The position numbers and the translations under genes were made by a program. A DNA stretch of 64,000 nt, taken from contig OY781964.1 in NCBI GenBank assembly GCA_963677485.1, positions 2,848,001 to 2,912,000 of the forward strand, in the 5' to 3' direction. Below are positions 36,394-46,601 of this stretch, in pieces (the first letter of the stretch is position 1; each line of letters opens with the position of its first letter). This DNA is from Armatimonadota bacterium (lineage in GTDB: Bacteria > Armatimonadota > HRBIN16). The notes under the pieces were generated by a model that worked only from the letters and a program-made list of their open reading frames with translations, had not been told where the DNA came from and did not search any database.

Positions 36394-37233
36394 TTACCCT
36401 TTGGCCTTTCTGCGCTTTTGATTGATATACCCGATGTTGCCCAGCACGATCAACGCCATGATGAGCACATGCCCCCATGAGACCGCCCCCATGGCGGCTG
36501 TGGCAGAGCTGTTCACACCAATTAGTTTCTCATATTCCGCGGCACCTTTCATACCCTCCAGCAGGCCGTTCATCTGGCCGCTTTGCAGCAGAGGGTAGCT
36601 TTCGGGTGCCATAACGGCGGTTAAGGCGCAGACATACTTCAGGTTTGGCGTGGATTTAACCAGCAAGCCGATCCACATTTGGTAGAATGCGGTGCCGGTG
36701 ATCTCCACCAGGTAGTCGACATTCTTGATGGTTTTGATGCCCTCAAAGATGGGCAGCTTGGAGCAGGGGGTGCCGTTGCGGTCCTTGATGAAAGCACCTT
36801 GAATGTCGTTCTTCATCGCCTTCGCCATGATGTAGGGCTGCTGTATCCAACCCAGATGCACCCACTGGGTGCCATACTTGTAGTTGTATTCCTTAGCGAT
36901 GTTGGCGGCTATGCTGTAACTGAACGTAGCACCCACTGGATCCGCTGACAGTACGCAGACCTTGACACCCCGCTTCATCAGGTGACGTAAAATGACTTCG
37001 GTTTGGGGTTGATTCTCAGCCTTGGACCCTCCAGCCCAGGTGCAGCTTACGATGGCGAAGCCGTGATCTGGTATCTTTTCTGCCACATCATATGCCATTT
37101 GCGTGCTGTTCGTAATAAACATCGGCAACGGCCTTGGGTTGAAGATGGGCAGTATCATCACCACCATCAGCAGCACATACAGATAACGGCGGTCGATGTT
37201 CTGCATCCGGCTCCAAATATCTGGTCGATCCAT
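36394..37233 (-). CDS. Conserved membrane-anchored protein (DUF6754-cluster type)
   Basis: N- and C-terminal TM segments around a soluble domain; PLLQSGQMNGLLEGMKGAAEYE. Confidence 0.7.
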   Translation of the reverse strand: MDRPDIWSRMQNIDRRYLYVLLMVVMILPIFNPRPLPMFITNSTQMAYDVAEKIPDHGFAIVSCTWAGGSKAENQPQTEVILRHLMKRGVKVCVLSADPVGATFSYSIAANIAKEYNYKYGTQWVHLGWIQQPYIMAKAMKNDIQGAFIKDRNGTPCSKLPIFEGIKTIKNVDYLVEITGTAFYQMWIGLLVKSTPNLKYVCALTAVMAPESYPLLQSGQMNGLLEGMKGAAEYEKLIGVNSSATAAMGAVSWGHVLIMALIVLGNIGYINQKRRKAKG

Positions 37234-37239
37234 GCTTAT

Positions 37240-38079
37240 CTATACCTCCGCATCATAATATGCGCCGCGCTCAAGGCTGAGCCACAAACGCAATGCTATC
37301 GCCAGTCCACCGACGCTCAGGCCAAATCCCACCCCGCGCAGCGCAGCGGCGTTGACCTCCTGCAGTATCCATTGCTTGATCACTTCCACACGCATACAGG
37401 CGTATGGGCCATCCACCGGTATCCAGGCGGTCAGCATGTTGCCCAGCGGAATGGCACCCAGCATCACCACGAATGCGGTGATCATGAGTATGGTGGCTTC
37501 CGTGGAGCGGATGCGGAAGGCGCGGTAGGAGGCGCTGACTATGTAGAACGCCACCAGTGAGAACATGCTGCTATCCATGCTGATCAGCATGTTGTTGAAC
37601 ATGATATCCCAGGCGTTGTTGGCAAATGTGAGTGTGGATTTGGAGCTGCCATACTGCTGCATCATGCCGATGACCGTGATGGCTGCGATGGAGATGATCA
37701 GCGCCAGACTGCTGGGCCAGCCCTTGCGCAGCTTGGCCAGGTTTCGGCCATGCACGCGCAGCAGACCCCAGATACCCACCGCGATGGTCATTCCGCCCAT
37801 CACACGGGCAAAGTCTGAGATAGGCACCAGCCAGCTTGAGAAGAGGTTCTCGCCGGCCTTAATGGGACCGCATCCCTCGGGTTTACCGCAGGTCGGCCAG
37901 AAGAATTCCAGCGCGAAATACAAACCGCCTAAGAATGTGACGATGGCAATGACTGTCTTCCGGCCTTTGGATGACATGGCCCCGATGGCCACCAGGCATA
38001 ATATCCAGATGAGAATGGAGACGATGAGTACCCCAGCCAGTGCCCAACTGTGCAGGGGGGTTGAGAAAAACTTCAGCAT
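37240..38079 (-). CDS. Conserved multi-pass membrane protein (DUF6754-cluster type)
   Basis: MFSLVAFYIVSASYRAFRIRS motif; 7-8 TM segments. Confidence 0.7.
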   Translation of the reverse strand: MLKFFSTPLHSWALAGVLIVSILIWILCLVAIGAMSSKGRKTVIAIVTFLGGLYFALEFFWPTCGKPEGCGPIKAGENLFSSWLVPISDFARVMGGMTIAVGIWGLLRVHGRNLAKLRKGWPSSLALIISIAAITVIGMMQQYGSSKSTLTFANNAWDIMFNNMLISMDSSMFSLVAFYIVSASYRAFRIRSTEATILMITAFVVMLGAIPLGNMLTAWIPVDGPYACMRVEVIKQWILQEVNAAALRGVGFGLSVGGLAIALRLWLSLERGAYYDAEV

Positions 38080-38097
38080 GAGTGACGACTACCTCCC

Positions 38098-38913
38098 TTA
38101 ACCGGCGTTGACATTAAATAACTTCAAGATATGCTGCAACAGATGGCCAAACATGCTGGTTTCTGGCACTGCTGGCGCAAGGCTGGCCGCGATGACGCCC
38201 AATACTATTACGATGATGATCATCAGTTTTCCGATGTCCTGTCCCACCAAGCTGCCCAGGAGGGTAGGTTCGCGCGACAGATAGGCTGAGGCCGCGTAGA
38301 ACTCGTCTCCGATGATGGTGTAGTCGCAGGCGGCGATGAAGAAGGGCACCTGGGTGGTGCTGTCGGTACCGGCGATCTGAATGGCGCCCACCTGGTTGCC
38401 CGATTCGGCGAAAATCAATGATTCGGCAAAGAAGGAGCCAAACATGAAGATAGCGGCGGCCTTTTCGCGTTGAATCATACCGGCCACACCGGAGGCGTAG
38501 GCAAACTGGCGTTCGCTAAGGAACCTCACCGTGTCGGGATCAAACCGCTCTGGCACACCCTCCGCCTCGTAAGCGTTGCGGATCACCTCTTCGGCGACGG
38601 TCAGCACCTGGGCATCGCACACCGGCAAGAACATGGAGTTACCAAACCGCGCGATTTTGCGCGTAATATAGCTGAAAATGGTGAGGGCTTGTAGGGTGAC
38701 CACATCAAAGCCACTTAAGCCTGGGATCATGATGACCGGCCGTCCCATCTCTGTGGCGCGACCAATGGCCTCTTCTACAGCGGTCAGACCTGGAATCCGT
38801 CGGATGAACATCTGCTTGCCCCGACGGGCGGATAGTATTTTATATAGGATGACTGCAGCAATGACTAACTCAAACAGGATCACGGCAAGCCAGTTTTGAT
38901 CGGCATGTTGCAT
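38098..38913 (-). CDS. DUF6754-like membrane protein
   Basis: IRRIPGLTAVEEAIGRATEMGRP, QFAYASG, IGDEFYAASAYLS, GSLVGQD. Confidence 0.75.
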   Translation of the reverse strand: MQHADQNWLAVILFELVIAAVILYKILSARRGKQMFIRRIPGLTAVEEAIGRATEMGRPVIMIPGLSGFDVVTLQALTIFSYITRKIARFGNSMFLPVCDAQVLTVAEEVIRNAYEAEGVPERFDPDTVRFLSERQFAYASGVAGMIQREKAAAIFMFGSFFAESLIFAESGNQVGAIQIAGTDSTTQVPFFIAACDYTIIGDEFYAASAYLSREPTLLGSLVGQDIGKLMIIIVIVLGVIAASLAPAVPETSMFGHLLQHILKLFNVNAG

Positions 38914-38922
38914 ATTGGGCTC

Positions 38923-39261
38923 CTAAGTCGTTGCGTTGGGGTGCGGTTGGTGATCTGCTGGCTCATCGCCAGAGGCAGGCGGATCGTGCTCAAGCTGCTG
39001 GATGCGGTCGACCAGCCTCTCTACATTCTCCCGCTTTTCAAGAAACATGCGGTAGCGATTGACTTGCTCTGGCCCAAACAGTGGGCCAAGGATGGGCATC
39101 AAGACCGCCACTGCACTGCTGCCCAGCATATGGATGGGGGCGTGCAGCTCCAGCAGCAGCGTGGCTGGTACCGCCATTCCCCGTTTGACAACCTGGGTGG
39201 CGATGCGTTCGATCAGCCAATCGGCCTCTTGAGCACTCAGTTCAGCGTCTTCTAGCCACAT
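38923..39261 (-). CDS. Hypothetical protein
   Basis: Operonic ORF overlapping its upstream neighbour; PATLLLE...RENVERL. Confidence 0.65.
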   Translation of the reverse strand: MWLEDAELSAQEADWLIERIATQVVKRGMAVPATLLLELHAPIHMLGSSAVAVLMPILGPLFGPEQVNRYRMFLEKRENVERLVDRIQQLEHDPPASGDEPADHQPHPNATT

Positions 39262-39683
39262 AACGCCCTCCAGTGCTTGATCGCCTGCATCACTGGCTGC
39301 TTGTCGGGGGGAAGGCGCAGCTCCACTCCGCGGAATGGGGCCAGTCGGGAGGCCTGGGGCACCGAGCTGAGCTTCAGCCGGCCGTCATCGGTGGCGGAGA
39401 TATACTTCACACGGCTCCAGGCGATGTCATAACGGGCGAGCAGGGTGGCCATGTGCGCGCCCTCTTCGTCAAGCCAGTAACGCACCGGCAGCCAGTATTC
39501 GCGTGTGGACATAAAGATAAGGAGTAACGCCAGCAGACCGTATCCCACTTGCCGGAAGGCCAACCCCGCCAGCAGACTGCCCAGCATGGTGATGCCCAGC
39601 AGCGGCCAGGCCTTGCCGCGCTGCTGCGCGTAGAGGTGAACCCGCCACTGCAGTGAGGGTGGAACCACGGGGTCTAGCGGCAT
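39252..39683 (-). CDS. Hypothetical membrane protein (2 TM plus a possible PH-like domain)
   Basis: First gene of the operon; GGAG RBS; two hydrophobic segments. Confidence 0.65.
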   Translation of the reverse strand: MPLDPVVPPSLQWRVHLYAQQRGKAWPLLGITMLGSLLAGLAFRQVGYGLLALLLIFMSTREYWLPVRYWLDEEGAHMATLLARYDIAWSRVKYISATDDGRLKLSSVPQASRLAPFRGVELRLPPDKQPVMQAIKHWRALCG

Positions 39684-39718
39684 CAGATGCTCCAGGGAAT
39701 AAAATGGGCGCCAGAGTC

Positions 39719-39748
39719 ATTATAGGAAGCAACGAAACAGCCTGTCAA
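39719..39748 (-). promoter_or_regulatory. Consensus sigma70 promoter for the 39683-31458 operon
   Basis: Minus strand reads TTGACA-18 nt-TATAAT, 35 nt upstream of the start codon. Confidence 0.75.
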
Positions 39749-39819
39749 ATGCCGGGGGGAAGGAGGTAGGAGACAGGAGGCAGGTGATCAGAATGGGAAC
39801 GATTGCTGGAGGGAGGGAT

Positions 39820-40030
39820 CATCCACAGATTACACAGATTACGCAGATTATGTTGTGTGACAAATGGACCGCGCCGTTAATAATCCTTCGTGTTCATTCG
39901 TGTTCATTCGTGGTTAAAGTAAGACCGGTAGGATGAGTAGGACGAGTCGGACGGGCAGACCTTCTGCGTAATCTGCGTAATCTGTGGATGAATCCCTCCC
40001 CTCTGCGCCCTCCGCGCCTCCGCGTGACAA
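39820..40030. repeat. Nested inverted cluster of 9-nt-period modules
   Basis: ATCCACAGATTACACAGATTACGCAGA and its reverse complement near 39965 enclose other modules. Confidence 0.75.
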
Positions 40031-40042
40031 ATCCCCCCACCT

Positions 40043-42019
40043 TCACGGCCAGGGGAATTTGGGCGTGGGGGCGTGCAGGAACCAGCTCACCATGCTCCAG
40101 AGGCAGGCACTCAGGAACTCGCCGAACACCAACCCCAGGAACAGCGGCCGCATGGTGCGGAAGGCTTTCATACCGCCGTAATGAACCAGAGGGGCCTTGA
40201 TGGCCCAGGCGATGAACATGCTGGCCCAGAACACCACCACTCCCCAGGTGGCGGTCATGCAGTATCCCAGCGGGTGCAGCGGAAAGCCCGGCATGGTCAG
40301 CCGAAGGTAACTCAACAGCGCGCACACGATCCCGCCCACGGTGATCCAGAAGGCGTTGACAGGCATCTTGTTGGGGTCGGGGGCCATGCCGGTCAGGATG
40401 CCGCTGTTTTCGCGGAAGAACTGCGTGTTGGCCTGACCCACCAAATAGTAATACAGGCTGTTCGCCCCTCGATGGTAGGTCAGTGTCATCTGAATAAACA
40501 ACGCGGCGAAGATGGCCAGCAGGGTGCCGCCCACCACGATCCAGAGCATCCGCCGGGCGTTGATTTTCGCTTGCTCCGCGATCTTCTGCCCATCTAACAT
40601 GCCGGTCAGCCATAATCCACGCGTGTCACGGGTATACATGCCGTCCAGGAAGGAGAGCATGGTCAGGCTTTTCGCATTCACCATGCCTCGGTTGCCCAGC
40701 AGGAACACATCGGATGGGGTGAACGCCCCCTCGGAGATGAGCATACCGCCTTCGGCCGTGGTGCGAGAGATGATGAGGGCCTGCACGAAAAGAAAAATCC
40801 CAAACTGGAGGAATGCCACCCACAGACTCATGCCGAAGAACACGCACCAGCACATGATGACCAAAAAACTGCCCACGAATCCCCAGAAAGCCACTTTGTA
40901 GGACATCATCTCCCGTGATTCGCCTGCATCGGCGGGCACCCTGTTCATCGCCCTCGCGTAGACAAACCGCAGATGGTGCCTTGCGCTGTAGAGCGTGACC
41001 ATCGCCAGCACGATGAACGCGCCGGCACACTGGTTGGCCACGTGGATGCCTGCCGCAGCGTGCAGCGCCCCCTCGTTGGCGTTCAAACTGCCGGCGATCA
41101 CCTCCTGACCTTTCCCGACCAGGAAGAAGAACCAGAAGCTGAACAGCAGATCCAAGGGCATCAGGTAGAAAAATCCGATGGCCGCGGGTGAGATATAGAT
41201 CGGGAAGTAGCTGACCTCATTCCATGGTTTTGTGGTGAGCATGTCATTAATCGAGAAGGCGAGTGTGACAGAGGGCACATTGGGAAACCATTGGGCGAAG
41301 CCGTTGATGCCGAACAGGAAAAATGCCAGACAGAAGCCGACCCACATCATGGGGCTGCGGAAGAAGGTGCCAGGCTGAAGCATCAGCTCCAGGGGCAGTT
41401 GCACCAGCGGGAAGGGCAGCTTTTCGTTCTCCACCCATTGCCGGCGCAGGATCACCGTGATGCACATATAGGCGAAATAGACCGCCAGAATCAACACTCC
41501 CCAGCAGATCAGCGGTCGTGCCCAGGCGTCCCAGGGGAGCATCTTGCCCAGCGGAAGACCGTCGTAATACCAGGTGACCACATGATCGATGCTCTTCGAG
41601 CTGGTATCCCAGGGCACCAGCCAGGGGTGGATGTGCTTCCAGAAAGTTGTCTCCCAGCCGTTTTTCGGTCCGAAGTAGTTCACACCTACCAGCAGCGGCA
41701 GCCACTTTTCCATCAGGCCGCGTGAGCTGATGAATGTGGCAGGCATCATGATGAGGTAGGAGGTGACGAGTTCGGTCGGGGTGAGTTTGGCCTTCGGTGC
41801 GACCCGTCCCAGTATCTGGTTGCAGAACACCACCGCGAAGAGCAACCCCACCAGTGCTGGCGCGAGCTGCATCATGCCGATCTGGATGTTGACGGCGATC
41901 AACTCGCCTGCGGGCACGATGTAACACAGCGCGATGGAGCCCAGCACGCCGGTGACGATGGCGCGGGCGCGGATGCGGCTTGGGGCAGGCGGTAGTGTGG
42001 ACATGGGGCCGAACAGCAA
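40043..42019 (-). CDS. DUF6785/DUF6784-like polytopic membrane protein (putative transporter)
   Basis: RRQWVENEKLPFPLVQLP, FPLHPLGY, YGG...RPLFLGLVFGE; many TM segments; alternative start at 42004. Confidence 0.75.
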   Translation of the reverse strand: MLFGPMSTLPPAPSRIRARAIVTGVLGSIALCYIVPAGELIAVNIQIGMMQLAPALVGLLFAVVFCNQILGRVAPKAKLTPTELVTSYLIMMPATFISSRGLMEKWLPLLVGVNYFGPKNGWETTFWKHIHPWLVPWDTSSKSIDHVVTWYYDGLPLGKMLPWDAWARPLICWGVLILAVYFAYMCITVILRRQWVENEKLPFPLVQLPLELMLQPGTFFRSPMMWVGFCLAFFLFGINGFAQWFPNVPSVTLAFSINDMLTTKPWNEVSYFPIYISPAAIGFFYLMPLDLLFSFWFFFLVGKGQEVIAGSLNANEGALHAAAGIHVANQCAGAFIVLAMVTLYSARHHLRFVYARAMNRVPADAGESREMMSYKVAFWGFVGSFLVIMCWCVFFGMSLWVAFLQFGIFLFVQALIISRTTAEGGMLISEGAFTPSDVFLLGNRGMVNAKSLTMLSFLDGMYTRDTRGLWLTGMLDGQKIAEQAKINARRMLWIVVGGTLLAIFAALFIQMTLTYHRGANSLYYYLVGQANTQFFRENSGILTGMAPDPNKMPVNAFWITVGGIVCALLSYLRLTMPGFPLHPLGYCMTATWGVVVFWASMFIAWAIKAPLVHYGGMKAFRTMRPLFLGLVFGEFLSACLWSMVSWFLHAPTPKFPWP

Positions 42020-42092
42020 CCTCCGTGGATGTGATATTACTTATTTCACCGCAGCCGGGGCGAATTCCTGCTGATGGGTTTGGCGGTGTTCT

Positions 42093-42385
42093 CACGCGGA
42101 GGGGGAGGGTTCATCCACAAATTACGCAGATTGCACAGATTATATGGTGGGAGGGGAACAACCGGCCGCTGGGAACGCCAATCTCCAGATTGGCCTCCGG
42201 TGGGGATATGTCACGCGGAGACGCGGAGGGCGCGGAGGGGGAGAGTTCCTCCATAGATTACGCAGATTGCACAGATTATATGGTTGGAAAGGGGAACAAC
42301 CTGCACAGATTGACGGCTAACCTCTGGGAACGCCAATCTCCCGATTGGCCTCCCGTCTGGATGTGTCACGCGAAGATCGCAGAAG
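42093..42385. repeat. Mosaic repeat cluster
   Basis: Repeated CACGCGGAG, CAGATTACGCAGATT and CTGGGAACGCCAATCTCC.GATTGGC modules. Confidence 0.8.
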
Positions 42386-42469
42386 GGGGCTTGACAACCC
42401 ACAACGCAACCGGGTAAAACCATCTCAGGGCCGAACTGGAAAGCACAGGAAAGCAATGGAGGAGATCGC

Positions 42470-43579
42470 ATGTCACGTCACCTGATGGACGAGTTTTGTT
42501 GGATCGATATCGAAGAGCTAAAGCAAGCAAACCTGAGCGATGAAGTGAAATATAGCAGAATTGTGAGCTGGGCCCGCAGAGCCAGAGGGCAAAATCCGGG
42601 CGTATTTGATGCGCTGACCGAATGGGTGCTGGATGATTCGGAGTGGAGTGACGAAAAACTCGCCGAAAACAAGCAGATTTTGATGCAGGGTGTATTGACG
42701 CGGTTCAAAGAACAAAATGACCAACTTCGGGCGTGTTTGTCAGGTTTAGAGCCGTCTGGGATTGTGAATCCACCGGTGTACATGGCTTTGGATCGATTGG
42801 ATGACGAGCTTTCGGGGCGTCCTCATGACGAACGGTTGGTAGATGCGGTCGCCCAGATCTTTGCCGATTTTTCTGCCATGCGGGAGCGCAGTATTCGAGA
42901 GCTCATAGCCGGAAATCGAACAGGACCTACGGGTACGAATAGCGTCGATCTATTTGGATACATCAATTACCTGAAGGACTGCGATGCTGCGGTACAGTGG
43001 GCACTTTTCATGCCGGAGTTGGTTGAGAAACAGCAAAGTGGTTTCAAAGTGGATAGCTTTGAATACAAGAAAATGGGCGCTATGCGCTTTATCGGTCGGG
43101 AAAGCCGGGAAGGAGACGGCCTGGACAATATAGAGAACCTCAAGAAACTTTTTCACACTCTGGATGACCTTGGGGATTTTAAGTCCGGTTTTGACTATGA
43201 TGTGCTGTTTATGCATCATTACGGGCGGGGTGTCGATGTGGAGCCTTGGCATGGTTTTTGGGGGCGGTTTATGAAGGCAGAAACCCCTGTGCCGGAAGGA
43301 TTTCTGCATATCGACTTCGTTCCGGAAAGAACGGACGAACACCTCACGCCGGGACCGCCGTATCTTTCCCAGTTTGCGTTCGCCACTTTCTCCGGCGATA
43401 TGGTCGAACTGCACCAACACGAAGGATATGACGGCGATGCCATGTACGATGTGACCCGAAACACCATGCTTGGTGAGGGTGTATGTATTCCTTACCCGGA
43501 TAAATACTGGACTGCGGAAGTATTTCTGAACGGATGCGACCAACCCAGCACCGCCTATATGTTCAGCGCGGAACTGTAA
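42470..43579 (+). CDS. Hypothetical protein with a possible GyrI-like effector domain
   Basis: GGAGGAG RBS; C-terminal half has MRFIG...FMKAETPVPEGF. Confidence 0.65.
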   Translation: MSRHLMDEFCWIDIEELKQANLSDEVKYSRIVSWARRARGQNPGVFDALTEWVLDDSEWSDEKLAENKQILMQGVLTRFKEQNDQLRACLSGLEPSGIVNPPVYMALDRLDDELSGRPHDERLVDAVAQIFADFSAMRERSIRELIAGNRTGPTGTNSVDLFGYINYLKDCDAAVQWALFMPELVEKQQSGFKVDSFEYKKMGAMRFIGRESREGDGLDNIENLKKLFHTLDDLGDFKSGFDYDVLFMHHYGRGVDVEPWHGFWGRFMKAETPVPEGFLHIDFVPERTDEHLTPGPPYLSQFAFATFSGDMVELHQHEGYDGDAMYDVTRNTMLGEGVCIPYPDKYWTAEVFLNGCDQPSTAYMFSAEL

Positions 43580-43589
43580 AAGACGGGAT

Positions 43590-43980
43590 GTGTCACGCGG
43601 AGACACGGAGGACGCAGAGGGGGAGAATTCATCCACAGATGACGCAGATTACTCAGATTATGTGGTGTGTAGTGTAAAAACCGGCGCGGATTGGAGGCTA
43701 GCCCCTGGGCACGCCAATCTCCTGATTGGCCTCCGGTGGGGATGTGTCACGCGGAGACGCGGAGACGCGGAGGGGGAGGATTCATACACAGATTACGCAG
43801 ATTACGCGGATTTTCAGCTAGCCCCTGGGCACGCCAATCTCCTGGTTGGCCACCCGTGGGGATTGTCTCACGCGAAGACGCGAAGACGCGAAGGGGGGAT
43901 GATTTATCCGCCACCTCCCCATCCGTGACATCCGCGTCATCCGTGTAATCCGTGGTTCAGACAAGGCCGGCGCGGTCGTA
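43590..43980. repeat. Mosaic repeat cluster
   Basis: Same modules as at 42.1 kb, repeated two to three times. Confidence 0.8.
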
Positions 43981-44028
43981 ATATAGCACACCGGTCTACG
44001 TTTTCCCGAACCCCAGAGAGGCCAGTCC

Positions 44029-45930
44029 TCATCGGTTGTCGATGATGACCGTGCCTTCTGCCAGCGACGGCCGGGGTTTTTGCTTACTTTCCGGTGCTAC
44101 ACTCATCCAGACAGCAATCTGCTTATTCTGTTCTATATACCCACGGCTGACATATGTGCTGCCCATGAGTGAGCAATAGGTGTTACCCCGCTCATCGTCG
44201 GCTTTAACATCCAGCATGGCCGACTGCGGTTCGGCGATGTTGCTTCCGGCTGCGGCCAGATACAGCTTTCTAGGAGCAAGGCCAGTGCGTTTCATGTGTA
44301 CGGTATAGGTGCCGGCCGGCAGTTTTGGCTGCAACAGCGGCTTAGTGCAGGTAAATACCCCTACCACGACATCACCACTATTTGATCGATTCTTCATCTG
44401 CATATCTAGTTGCTGGTTCCAGTAGATGCCGAAGTAGTCCGTTTGCTGGGTGTTTACGTAGTTGATCAATCCTGCGTCCTCACCTAGTGATACCTTGTTC
44501 ATTCGTGCGATGAGGGTCGCTACGTCGGATTTCACCTTCGCCTCTTGTGGGTAGAGCTGAGCCAGGGGAACAGCTCTTAATGTCAGTGCGATGGTGGGTT
44601 TGATATACATAGGCCAATCAGGTAAATTCGATATTGTGTAAACTTTTTGCCCAATGTGGCGGTAAATCGCTGATGTACCGTATCGGCTCGGACCAAAATA
44701 CCAGCGTGCTGAATTTGGTAGTTGAAGATCGGTGCCGTCGTATAGTTGGTTGTCTCCATGGGTAGTAATCAGGTTAGCCACCAGCGACACGCTGTGGCCT
44801 TCAGTATCGGATATCTGCCATACCAGATTGCCATTGTTCATCACGAGCTCCAGCAAGCAGGCTTTCACTCCACCGCCTAACGGTTGAAGCCCTGACACCA
44901 TGATTAACGCGGTGGGTATCCGCCAGCGAGAGCTCTCTGTGCCGCCGCCGCAAAGACTACGCATGATATCGATGTAGTGCGCATCTACCGTTTGCTCAAG
45001 TCCCGCCACCATACTGATACCGTATAAGACGGCTTTATCAGCCGACAGGTACCGGCAGTATGAGCGTGAACTAGAAAGAACTATACCCGGATACTTATCG
45101 TGTAGTTTTCTGACGCATCGCTGCCACATAAGTTGGTCGGCGCTGTTGATCGTTTCGTTAATATCCACACGCCTCGGTGATTGCCCACTTGAATATGGCC
45201 TCGCAATGCTGTTGACAATAGGCGTCTGTTTGTTGTCTACCAACAGCACATCATCGACACCAAGTTTCACCTTTCGGGACTTCGGACCCGCGGCGACCCA
45301 CACCCAGCCTTTGGACACCTTCACGTAGTCGAGTTGCGGGCCGGATCCGACCTCGAACCGCGTGCCCATGTCGGTGATGCTCACGCGTTTGGTGCTGATC
45401 TGGATGGGGCGACCGGTCACGCTGGCCTCCACCCAGCCTTTGATAAGCTTGATGGAGCGCGGCCCGGTGCGCAACACCTGGCTGTTGGGGCCGATATTCA
45501 AGCTGACGCCCCACGCCAGACGCCTCTTTTCGATTTGGGTTGAGGTGACCACTGACGACCCCTCACCGCCCATGCTGGGCATCCGCGACCAGACCACCCA
45601 CTGGCCCAGCAGCACACACAGCACCAGCACCGCTGCCCAGGCCAGGCTTCGCCGGACAATCACACCCTTCGTAACTGACTTGCGGGGTTTCATTTCGGGC
45701 ATTTCACTACTCACTTTGGGGCTCTCCTTCACACGCACAGTGTTCTCTTCGTCGATCTGTTGTGAGTAGGCCCAGCTGAACAGGCTCTGGTTGTCACCCC
45801 ATTGCTGCAGCAGCTCGCGGCATGTCTGGCACTGGCCCAGATGCGTTCGAACCTTCGCCGCCTGAGCCGCGTCCAGTTCCCCATCTGCATATGCCGAGAC
45901 TAAAACTTTCCAGTTTTGTGAACAGCGCAT
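44029..45930 (-). CDS. Anti-sigma factor (zf-HC2 zinc finger, TM segment, FecR-like domain)
   Basis: MRC...SAYADGEL...HLGQCQTC; one TM segment; ITDMGTRFEV. Confidence 0.85.
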   Translation of the reverse strand: MRCSQNWKVLVSAYADGELDAAQAAKVRTHLGQCQTCRELLQQWGDNQSLFSWAYSQQIDEENTVRVKESPKVSSEMPEMKPRKSVTKGVIVRRSLAWAAVLVLCVLLGQWVVWSRMPSMGGEGSSVVTSTQIEKRRLAWGVSLNIGPNSQVLRTGPRSIKLIKGWVEASVTGRPIQISTKRVSITDMGTRFEVGSGPQLDYVKVSKGWVWVAAGPKSRKVKLGVDDVLLVDNKQTPIVNSIARPYSSGQSPRRVDINETINSADQLMWQRCVRKLHDKYPGIVLSSSRSYCRYLSADKAVLYGISMVAGLEQTVDAHYIDIMRSLCGGGTESSRWRIPTALIMVSGLQPLGGGVKACLLELVMNNGNLVWQISDTEGHSVSLVANLITTHGDNQLYDGTDLQLPNSARWYFGPSRYGTSAIYRHIGQKVYTISNLPDWPMYIKPTIALTLRAVPLAQLYPQEAKVKSDVATLIARMNKVSLGEDAGLINYVNTQQTDYFGIYWNQQLDMQMKNRSNSGDVVVGVFTCTKPLLQPKLPAGTYTVHMKRTGLAPRKLYLAAAGSNIAEPQSAMLDVKADDERGNTYCSLMGSTYVSRGYIEQNKQIAVWMSVAPESKQKPRPSLAEGTVIIDNR

Positions 45931-45934
45931 CTGC

Positions 45935-46468
45935 CTACCTCACTTCCTTCTGAGGGACCGTGGAGAGGTGTGACTTGGGGTTGGTGCCGGAAAGGTTCAG
46001 TCCCGCTTCCTCCATCAACTGCCGCAGCCGCTCCTTCGCACGGAAACACCGCACTCTGACCGTTCCCTCCGACACACTCAGGCTTTCCGCCAGCTCCTGG
46101 TAGCTCAAGCCCAGCAGATACTTCCCCGCCAGAAGCTCGCGCTCCGCGTGGGGCAGCTTGACCATCTGCTCGCAGAGTATCTCCGCGGTGGCGGTCTGGG
46201 TGTCGTCTGGGGCGGCCAATTCCTCGGGCAGCTCCAACTCCTGAGGCCGCTGACGGCGATAGCTCACCGCTTTGCGGCGCAGGATGGTGTAGAGCCATGC
46301 CCCAAGTTTCTCCCGTTCACGCAGTTTCTCGATGCCCTGATAGGCGTCGAGCAGCGTCTCCTGCACCAGATCGTAGGCCGCCTCCCGATCGCCGCACAGA
46401 TGGTACGCCGCCCGCGTGAGCGGGAGACGCCATCGCTGTGCGTGGCCGTCGAAATCTGCCTGTCTCAT
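45935..46468 (-). CDS. ECF RNA polymerase sigma factor
   Basis: AYDLVQETL, AWLYTI, LSYQELAE...GTVRVRCFRAKERLR; alternative start at 46534. Confidence 0.9.
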   Translation of the reverse strand: MRQADFDGHAQRWRLPLTRAAYHLCGDREAAYDLVQETLLDAYQGIEKLREREKLGAWLYTILRRKAVSYRRQRPQELELPEELAAPDDTQTATAEILCEQMVKLPHAERELLAGKYLLGLSYQELAESLSVSEGTVRVRCFRAKERLRQLMEEAGLNLSGTNPKSHLSTVPQKEVR

Positions 46469-46601
46469 GGGCTGTATGTTGTTTTCCGAGTGTTGAGATT
46501 GGTGTTCATAGTGATAGTGGTGCGTAATCTGCATTTCGTTACATGATGACGCAAAATGCGGACGAACTACTGGCGAAGAGGCGACCGGCCGACCGCTGCG
46601 G

